From Candidatus Kaiserbacteria bacterium (lineage in GTDB: Bacteria; Patescibacteriota; Minisyncoccia; Phycocordibacterales; UBA2100), in NCBI GenBank assembly GCA_016217965.1, contig JACRFI010000015.1, forward strand, positions 16,366-80,365: a stretch of 64,000 bases of DNA, given 5' to 3'. The notes under the pieces are model-generated. The model searched no databases. It worked only from the letters and a program-made list of their open reading frames with translations, and had not been told where the DNA came from. Positions 57,773 through 64,000 of this stretch are shown here, in pieces. The translations under genes were made by a program, and so were the position numbers. How positions within the stretch are numbered: the stretch's first letter is position 1; each line of letters starts with the position of its first letter.

Positions 57773-58281
57773 AGACGCTGCGATTCATGTTCTGCGGCGT
57801 ATTTCTCTGCCGCAGCGATGTCCATCGCTTGGTGCTCACCGTCTAGTTCTTTCTTATACGCCGCCAACGCGCGAGGATGCATAACCCAGACATCCATACC
57901 CTCAACTTTGAGTTTTAATTTTCTAGAAATCTCACTTAGATATGGAATCCACTCTGTCCTCGCTTGGTTGCTGATGCGAGGATCATTGTCTATGCCGCTT
58001 AAATCCATCTCCTGCCCCTGATAATTCAGTGTGATCATATCCATATCCCATTTCCCATCTTTAAAACGAGCGGGACCAAATGTTATATATTCTGATATTT
58101 CAGGTACTATCGTTGGAAATGACTTTACTGATAGGTCAATATCAATATCGTTAAGTGACCTAGGAGATCCGTATATTTTTGCGGCAAAACCACCAGTCAT
58201 TTGATATTCAACCTCATTCCTTTGTAAAAGTTCTAGAATCCAACGTAGCGCGCGCATCGTTTTTTCTTCCATAAGGACCAT
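57769..58281 (-). CDS. minimal nucleotidyltransferase family protein (Lnu/LinB-like)
   Basis: MTGGFAAKIYGSPRSLNDIDIDL matches GGx..GxxRxxxDIDI of Lnu-type NTases; ORF extends to 58416. Confidence 0.5.
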   Translation of the reverse strand: MVLMEEKTMRALRWILELLQRNEVEYQMTGGFAAKIYGSPRSLNDIDIDLSVKSFPTIVPEISEYITFGPARFKDGKWDMDMITLNYQGQEMDLSGIDNDPRISNQARTEWIPYLSEISRKLKLKVEGMDVWVMHPRALAAYKKELDGEHQAMDIAAAEKYAAEHESQRL

Positions 58282-58330
58282 TCTACACCGAGCATCTCGC
58301 GAATCGGATATAATGTAGTACATTGCTCGT

Positions 58331-59551
58331 ATGCGGAAGCGACCAGCATCGACTATCGACCCATCGAAGATCCAGACTGCCGCATTTGTGATCGAAGAAG
58401 AATTGCTACGGCACAATCTAGGTGTTCTTAAATACGTGATGGATAAGACGGGTGTAAAAATGTATCAGGCACTGAAGACGTGGGCAACATGGCCACTGTT
58501 CCCTATCACGCGAGAATATCTAGACGGAACCGAGGTGAGCTCGTTGAATGAGGCGCGGCTTGGATACGATGAGTTCAATCATGAGGTGCACATGTATGCT
58601 CCTGCATACAAAGACGAGGAATTCGCCGATATTCTTAAGTATTGCAGCACCATCATTTTCAATTCTTTCGAGCAGTGGAAGAAATTCAAGCCGCTTGTCG
58701 AGCAATTCGTCAAAGATACGGGAATGAAGCGAGAATGTGGTCTACGCATCAATCCTGAATACTTAGGCAAAGAAGAAAGTGGAGGTCTGTGGACGCCGTG
58801 CGCTCCAGGATCTCGGCTAGGTATTCGTATCAGTGAATTCAAGGCGACACTCAAAGAAAATCCAAAAGCACTTGATGGGATAAGCGGTTTTCATTTCCAT
58901 ATTTTCTGGGACAAAACGTTCGATGAACTGCAAGACGCTGTCGAGGTTGTTGAGAAGAATTTCGGCGACTATTTTGCGCAGGTACAATGGATCAATTTCG
59001 GAGGCGGGCAGAAGATATCCGACGATGACTACGATGTTGAAGGTCTTGTCAAACTGGTGAATAGTTTCCAGAAAAAGCACGATGTTATTGTGCACATGGA
59101 ACCAGGAGCCGCGATTGTCAAAAATGCCGGAGCGCTTGTCGCGAGTGTACTCGATGTCGTCTATCGAGATGACGTGGACTACAAGATCGCCATTCTCGAC
59201 ATGTCATTCAACGCGCATACGCCAGATTTTCTTCTCAGTGGTGAACTGGACATGCCAGTCACCGGGGCAAAAATAATCCATGACGAAAAAGAACTTAAGA
59301 ATTATAAAAATGTGTACCAGCTGGCGGGCGGTACATGTGTGACCGGAGACAAACTTGGGCATTTCCATTCATTCGCGAAACCATTAAAAGCTGGTGACAA
59401 AGTGATCATGGAGGACGGCATCCAATACAACCTGGTGCAATGCACCATGTTCAACGGCGTGCAGCACCCTAGCATCGTTCTGTGGAAGGGTGGCAAATCG
59501 GAGATGATCCGAGAATTCACCTACGAGGACTACAGATCCAGAATGGGCTAA
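58331..59551 (+). CDS. nspC: carboxy(nor)spermidine decarboxylase (NspC-like, PLP fold III)
   Basis: ~400-aa alanine-racemase-fold decarboxylase pattern (GLRINPEY..., GFHFH..., FGGGQ..., CVTGDKLG). Confidence 0.65.
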   Translation: MRKRPASTIDPSKIQTAAFVIEEELLRHNLGVLKYVMDKTGVKMYQALKTWATWPLFPITREYLDGTEVSSLNEARLGYDEFNHEVHMYAPAYKDEEFADILKYCSTIIFNSFEQWKKFKPLVEQFVKDTGMKRECGLRINPEYLGKEESGGLWTPCAPGSRLGIRISEFKATLKENPKALDGISGFHFHIFWDKTFDELQDAVEVVEKNFGDYFAQVQWINFGGGQKISDDDYDVEGLVKLVNSFQKKHDVIVHMEPGAAIVKNAGALVASVLDVVYRDDVDYKIAILDMSFNAHTPDFLLSGELDMPVTGAKIIHDEKELKNYKNVYQLAGGTCVTGDKLGHFHSFAKPLKAGDKVIMEDGIQYNLVQCTMFNGVQHPSIVLWKGGKSEMIREFTYEDYRSRMG

Positions 59552-59554
59552 CGT

Positions 59555-60190
59555 ATGGTCATGGACTTCGACTCGCTCACGAAAGCAAGTGCCTTGAGGA
59601 GCACACTTCGTGCGCTGGATGATGATAATAAGATTGGAGATCGTGTTCTCGACATTGGATCTGGCCCTTTGCCAGTCTCCACGTTTCTTCTGAGGAAAAA
59701 AACATCGCGCAAAATAGTAAATATGGACGTTGCGGACTTTGGCGACGATCCACGCGGCAACCTTAATCTTCGCTATAACGTCAACAATGCCGACGATCCG
59801 AACGCCTATTCTACGAAAAAAACTATCTTTACAGCCGCGCAACACTTTGGCGTCGATCTAAGCCTCTCGCAAGGTACAGAGCAGGTGGATACCATGATTT
59901 TTTCCGAGCTACTGAATTACGTTGATTTTAGAAGTGTTTTATCGAGTTATGCGCGCTATCTTAAGGCAGGCGGACGATTCATCATTCTCAATAAACCAGG
60001 CCATCATCCGCGTAACAAAGCCGATCTACTCCATCCCAAAGGTGTTCAAAACAACGCTGAATTGATAGATTTTTTGCAAAATGACTTTGTTATCGAGCAA
60101 AAAACATTCCCTTTTAGGCGCGAAGAAGGCCTCGATGATGCGCGGAGCGAGGGGGACGCAATGATGCTTCTCGTTGCGCGCAAGAAGTAA
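59555..60190 (+). CDS. class I SAM-dependent methyltransferase
   Basis: Motif I VLDIGSGP and downstream acidic motif. Confidence 0.5.
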   Translation: MVMDFDSLTKASALRSTLRALDDDNKIGDRVLDIGSGPLPVSTFLLRKKTSRKIVNMDVADFGDDPRGNLNLRYNVNNADDPNAYSTKKTIFTAAQHFGVDLSLSQGTEQVDTMIFSELLNYVDFRSVLSSYARYLKAGGRFIILNKPGHHPRNKADLLHPKGVQNNAELIDFLQNDFVIEQKTFPFRREEGLDDARSEGDAMMLLVARKK

Positions 60191-60208
60191 TGCGCTAGGA
60201 TTGCAATC

Positions 60209-61252
60209 ATGTCGATGCAAGATTTTGATCCTAATGGTGTGGGCCAAGAAGGTTCGGGCATTTTTGGACTTCCCTATGCACCAAACGATGCTCAAGTGGT
60301 GCTCATTCCGGCTCCATGGGGCGTTACGGTCTCGTACGGAGGCGGTACGCATGATGGGCCCAAGGCGATATACGAAGCGTCCCCGCAAATAGATTACGAC
60401 CATCCGAGCTATGGTGCAGACTCCTGGAAGATTGGAATTTCAATGCTCCCCCTTGGAGAGTGGGATAATGCATACAAAGAGGGTGTAGCGTTGCGCGAAA
60501 AAGCGAAAGCGCATATCGAGGAGCTAGAACACGGCAAAACAGAACCCGCACCTCAAGAAATCAATGATGCGTGCGAAAGATTCCATGCTCGCATTGAGAC
60601 AACTGCGACGGAACTCTTGAATAAGAATAAGCTGGTGGGACTTATAGGCGGCGACCATTCTACGCCCTTGGGGCTCATCCGAGCACTTGCCGCAAAGCAT
60701 GGCGACTTTGGCATCCTGCAGATAGACGCGCACCACGACCTCCGCGAGTCATACGAAGGCTTTACCTATTCCCATGCTTCAATCATGTGGAACTCCCTTA
60801 AATTGCCAGCCGTTAAAAAACTCGTTCAAGTTGGAATTCGAGATTATTCCGCTGGCGAGACAGAGTTTGTTAAAAACTCGAATGGCCGAGTCGCGGTATT
60901 CTACGACGAGGAAATGAAATCACGGCAGTACAATGGGGAAACATTTGCACAAATCGTTAAAAATATTGTAGACGTTCTACCCAAGAAGGTATACATAAGT
61001 TTCGATATCGACGGTCTCGATCCTGCACTTTGCCCGAATACAGGTACTCCGGTTCCTGGGGGCCTCCAATTTCAGGAAGCTGTGTACCTTATCCGCGCCG
61101 TTGCGGAATCGGGCAAGACAATCATCGGTTTCGATGTGAACGAAGTCAGTCCTTCAAAAGATTCAGAATGGAACCAGAATGTCGGAATGCGAGTTCTCTG
61201 GAACCTCGCGATGTGGGCAGCGAAGTCAAATGGTCTACAGCCAAAAGCTTAG
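60209..61252 (+). CDS. speB: agmatinase (arginase/ureohydrolase family)
   Basis: GGDHS, DAHHDL and SFDIDGLDP manganese-binding motifs. Confidence 0.75.
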   Translation: MSMQDFDPNGVGQEGSGIFGLPYAPNDAQVVLIPAPWGVTVSYGGGTHDGPKAIYEASPQIDYDHPSYGADSWKIGISMLPLGEWDNAYKEGVALREKAKAHIEELEHGKTEPAPQEINDACERFHARIETTATELLNKNKLVGLIGGDHSTPLGLIRALAAKHGDFGILQIDAHHDLRESYEGFTYSHASIMWNSLKLPAVKKLVQVGIRDYSAGETEFVKNSNGRVAVFYDEEMKSRQYNGETFAQIVKNIVDVLPKKVYISFDIDGLDPALCPNTGTPVPGGLQFQEAVYLIRAVAESGKTIIGFDVNEVSPSKDSEWNQNVGMRVLWNLAMWAAKSNGLQPKA

Positions 61253-61776
61253 TGCAGATTGCCTACAGAATCATCGAAAAGCGGAGGTTTGTTCAACATC
61301 GCAGCAGCTTGATTTAACTCAAGCGCATACGAGGCGAGAGCACGGGAATTTTGACGGTAGGCATCAGTAATCTCCTTCCAGTCAAATCCTGCTTCTTCAA
61401 GAAAAGATAGTTGATGATAACCCCATTGAACATAAAATTTCTTTTGCTCCGACAAAGGCAAATCTTTCGAATAACTGCGTATCAAAGTTTGTAGTTTCAA
61501 CAGGTGTCTTTGTAATGGATTTTTGTTTTCGACGATTTTCAATCTTCCTTCAGTAATGCTGTGCAAAAGCTCTCCGAAGACCAGAATCACGCCCTGAAGC
61601 CCCACTTTTTGTGAAAGTGTGAACGTATCATTTTCATTAATTGCGACCACGACCTTATCGATCAAATTAATATCTTCATGGCCAAGAGGCCTGCGAGTTG
61701 CCGGTGTGTAAAACTGGTCGCCACCGGGAAATATGCCCGATTCTTCTCTACGATCAGCATTGTATTCAAGTACCAT
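61249..61776 (-). CDS. hypothetical protein
   Basis: 175-aa ORF, no motif. Confidence 0.35.
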   Translation of the reverse strand: MVLEYNADRREESGIFPGGDQFYTPATRRPLGHEDINLIDKVVVAINENDTFTLSQKVGLQGVILVFGELLHSITEGRLKIVENKNPLQRHLLKLQTLIRSYSKDLPLSEQKKFYVQWGYHQLSFLEEAGFDWKEITDAYRQNSRALASYALELNQAAAMLNKPPLFDDSVGNLH

Positions 61777-61790
61777 ATCGGTGTCAGATT

Positions 61791-62891
61791 TCAGCTGTGC
61801 CTAAACTCCAGAACATCCCCATCCTGAACAATATATTCCTTCCCCTCGGTACGCAGTATACCTTTGTCACGAGCCGCACTCCATGAGCCCACTTCCAAAA
61901 GCTTGTCCCATTGGATAACGTCGGCACGAATAAATTTGTCGCGGAAATCAGAGTGTATTGCGGCGCCAGCGTGTGGTGCAGTGGAGCCGCGTTTAATCGT
62001 CCAAGCGCGTGATTCTTTTTCTCCTGTCGTAAAGAATGAGATCAGGTCGAGGAGTTCATATCCGCCCTTGATGAGGTCGTCAATTCCGTCGCTCGACACG
62101 CCCAATTCGCGACGAAAATCCATGCGTTCTGCATCCCCCACGTCATTAAGTTCGTTTTCGACGCCGGCATCTACGAACACGTACTTGGATCCGGATGAGT
62201 CGAGAAAATTCTTCAACTCCCTCCATCTATTACCATTCTCGGCATCCATATTTACTGCCCCACTCTTGCGGTTCAAAATGTAAAGTATGGGCTTCATAGT
62301 GAGGAGATGGAATCCTTTCACCACCTCCTTTTCTTTTTCCGTCAGCTCGACTTCGCGAGCCGCTTTTCCGGCATTCAGAACGGGTACGATCTTCCGAAGC
62401 GCATCCCTCTCCACGATAATGTCCTTGTCTCCTCCTTTCGCATCACGCTCAACTCTATCGAGTCGTTTCCCTGCAGTTTCTTGATCTGCAAGCACAAGCT
62501 CCAGGTTAATAACCTCGATATCGCGAAGGGGGTCCACTTCTCCGTGCACGTGGTGAATATCTTCGTCGTCAAAAAGTCGCACAACCTCAGCAATGGCATC
62601 GGTCTCTCGAATATTCGTGAGGAACTGATTTCCCAGTCCCTCTCCTTCCGAAGCGCCTTTCACGAGCCCTGCAATATCCACAAATTCCACAATGGCGGGC
62701 ACTGTTTTTTCCGAGTGCGACATTTCAGAGAGACGTGTAAGCCGGTTATCTGGTACCGCGACGACTCCCACGGATGGATCAATGGTCGCAAAGGGATAAT
62801 TCGCGATGAGAACGTCCTTTTTTGTGAGCGCCTTAAATAGAGTGGACTTGCCGACGTTCGGAAGTCCTACGATACCGATTGATAGTCCCAT
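61791..62891 (-). CDS. ychF: ribosome-binding ATPase YchF (Obg-family)
   Basis: GIVGLPNVGKSTLF P-loop, NxxE instead of NKxD, C-terminal TGS domain. Confidence 0.9.
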   Translation of the reverse strand: MGLSIGIVGLPNVGKSTLFKALTKKDVLIANYPFATIDPSVGVVAVPDNRLTRLSEMSHSEKTVPAIVEFVDIAGLVKGASEGEGLGNQFLTNIRETDAIAEVVRLFDDEDIHHVHGEVDPLRDIEVINLELVLADQETAGKRLDRVERDAKGGDKDIIVERDALRKIVPVLNAGKAAREVELTEKEKEVVKGFHLLTMKPILYILNRKSGAVNMDAENGNRWRELKNFLDSSGSKYVFVDAGVENELNDVGDAERMDFRRELGVSSDGIDDLIKGGYELLDLISFFTTGEKESRAWTIKRGSTAPHAGAAIHSDFRDKFIRADVIQWDKLLEVGSWSAARDKGILRTEGKEYIVQDGDVLEFRHS

Positions 62892-62980
62892 GACGGGACA
62901 CTATACCCTATGCGCTTGATTCGAGCGACATCACGAGTGACTTTGCAGACTTATATTGAGATACTGCTATATCTTATAAT

Positions 62981-63391
62981 TTGTCTGATAACTCTATGAG
63001 CGAATCGTTTGAGAAAGAATTACATCCGGAAAAGAAAACGCTGATTCTGATGCCTCTACAAGAGTGGGTACAGGGCATCAAATTGAAATATCCGTCACAA
63101 AATCAGAAAAGGTTGGCTCACACGATCTTAAGCTTTCGGCGGACAAAGCCGACAACGGTAGCTCAGGCCAGACTGTTTGAGAGAGGAAAATTATACCCGT
63201 GGCTTCGCGACACATGCGGAATAATTGAAGTCCAAACGGTCGGAGATTTATTGAAGGTATTTCAAAACGCCCCCACGCGCAACGCAGTCGACGCGCCGTG
63301 GGTGTGGTTTACTCGCTTCAGCCACAGTCCATCATATCAACGAAGGATTGATATGACAGAGGCAGCGCTAAAGGACGAGGGGCTACTTTGA
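62981..63391 (+). CDS. hypothetical protein
   Basis: 136-aa ORF. Confidence 0.35.
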   Translation: MSDNSMSESFEKELHPEKKTLILMPLQEWVQGIKLKYPSQNQKRLAHTILSFRRTKPTTVAQARLFERGKLYPWLRDTCGIIEVQTVGDLLKVFQNAPTRNAVDAPWVWFTRFSHSPSYQRRIDMTEAALKDEGLL

Positions 63392-63405
63392 TTCGAATTT
63401 GTTCA

Positions 63406-63840
63406 CTAGAACATCCAGATGGCGATCGTCGCCGCGGCAAACCAGCTGAAGACAGATACTGCTCCGCTCACCATGAGCGACAGCTTTTCGTGCCCCGTAA
63501 GTGCCGCAAACGGTTTCGTGAGTGCCAAGTTCATCAAGCGGCCGATGAGTATCGCATTCACCACCAATATCCCGACGAACAGCAGCTTCACGTCGAACCA
63601 CAGGTTCGTGAGCAGGAAAAGCCGCATCGGGTAGAACAAGTAGGCTCCGCTTACGATGAGCGCAAGAAGGCCAAGCCAGATGAGCGCAAGAAGGCCAAGC
63701 CAGATGAGCGCGTGGTACGTGAGAAGCGTCTTTTTTTCGAGTGTCGTTTTCTTCCCTCGAAGCCAAGCGAACGCATCTTTATCAGCGATCGCAGTCACAC
63801 CCAGAACAAACCCAAATGACAGAATATGAAGTACTAGCAT
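63406..63840 (-). CDS. hypothetical membrane protein containing an in-frame 24-nt tandem duplication
   Basis: 4 TM helices; duplicated LIWLGLLA segment encoded by the repeat at 63657..63712. Confidence 0.4.
   Translation of the reverse strand: MLVLHILSFGFVLGVTAIADKDAFAWLRGKKTTLEKKTLLTYHALIWLGLLALIWLGLLALIVSGAYLFYPMRLFLLTNLWFDVKLLFVGILVVNAILIGRLMNLALTKPFAALTGHEKLSLMVSGAVSVFSWFAAATIAIWMF
63657..63712. repeat. 24-nt perfect tandem repeat (2 full copies plus partial) inside a CDS
   Basis: TGAGCGCAAGAAGGCCAAGCCAGA x2 then TGAGCGCG. Confidence 0.8.
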
Positions 63841-63846
63841 GCGCGA

Positions 63847-64000
63847 TTATTTTGCTACCACCCCGATCTTGTATTGCGCGAGAACCGATGCCGGAGTCCC
63901 CTGCCCGCCATGCTGCCCATTGAACGCCGCAGTCCCATCAACACCACACATCGATTTAATTGCTGTTTGTCCGCCTGGGTGTAGTGCTGCGAAGGATGTC
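63847..64000 (-). CDS. 3' end of a minus-strand gene continuing beyond the window
   Basis: Open frame ending ...ALHPGGQTAIKSMCGVDGTAAFNGQHGGQGTPASVLAQYKIGVVAK then TAA. Confidence 0.3.
   Translation of the reverse strand, partial: TSFAALHPGGQTAIKSMCGVDGTAAFNGQHGGQGTPASVLAQYKIGVVAK

Noticed and set aside
1-64000. tRNA, rRNA or CRISPR arrays
   Set aside because: No T-loop-like GGTTCGAATCC-type motifs or cloverleaf candidates were seen in any intergenic region. There are no regularly spaced direct repeats. Intergenic regions are short apart from those described.
1-64000. Alternative genetic code (UGA recoding, as in some CPR lineages)
   Set aside because: TGA terminates well-conserved genes at their expected lengths. 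Examples are trpS at 27508-10, scpB at 30413-15 and dnaK at 17117-19. The standard code is consistent.

Overview
This 64-kb window is a gene-dense chromosomal segment (about 75 CDS, roughly 50% GC). No rRNA, tRNA or CRISPR array was recognisable by eye. I infer, without being able to prove it, a small-genome bacterium, possibly Patescibacteria/CPR-like. The basis is a 637-aa AlaRS lacking the C-Ala domain, a short 465-aa AspRS, an 86-aa C-domain-only MGMT, and almost no Shine-Dalgarno motifs before strongly conserved genes. The standard genetic code fits, since TGA closes conserved genes at normal lengths.

Gene content runs in order as follows.
- 0-7.5 kb: a DNA-repair trio (Cas4-like PD-(D/E)XK nuclease, MGMT, family-4 UDG), an aldo/keto reductase, an M16 peptidase and alaS.
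- 7.6-14.4 kb: two hypotheticals, then a ribosomal 'alpha-operon' fragment infA-rpmJ-rpsM-rpsK-rpsD-rpoA-rplQ, followed by rplM-rpsI. The ORF track missed the 37-aa rpmJ.
- 14.6-18.4 kb: grpE-dnaK-dnaJ.
- 18.5-26.5 kb: an accessory-looking block of hypotheticals. It holds a Cys-rich protein, an orphan sensor histidine kinase, a kinase-fold protein, a DEDDh exonuclease and a large nucleotidyltransferase-fold protein.
- 26.6-37.4 kb: trpS-aspS, scpA-scpB, a cell-wall block (dacA-like, mraY, ftsW, murG), gltX and an M23 peptidase.
- 37.5-42 kb: an islet with a XerC/D-type tyrosine recombinase, an SPFH protein and a second DEDDh exonuclease.
- 42.3-50.6 kb: rpmA, rplI, ctpA, a Kef-type antiporter, cysS and leuS.
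- 50.6-63.8 kb: a polyamine cluster (SpeA-like arginine decarboxylase, carboxyspermidine dehydrogenase, carboxyspermidine decarboxylase, agmatinase) interleaved with membrane, GNAT, nucleotidyltransferase and methyltransferase genes, then ychF.

The most unusual observation is the leuS gene. Its 975-aa product carries a ~187-aa RBBP9/YdeN-type serine-hydrolase (GHSLGG) domain inserted immediately before the CP1 editing domain.

Three intergenic repeat or motif families also stand out.
- An ~87-bp hairpin element with 16-bp terminal inverted repeats, present twice.
- An 'AATAACCAA...TTGGTTATT' hairpin element sitting just before two start codons.
- A recurrent TAGCTTCTAG/CTAGAAGCTA motif that sits on stop and start codons. 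One instance forms a two-helix hairpin bridging the rpmJ stop and the rpsM start.
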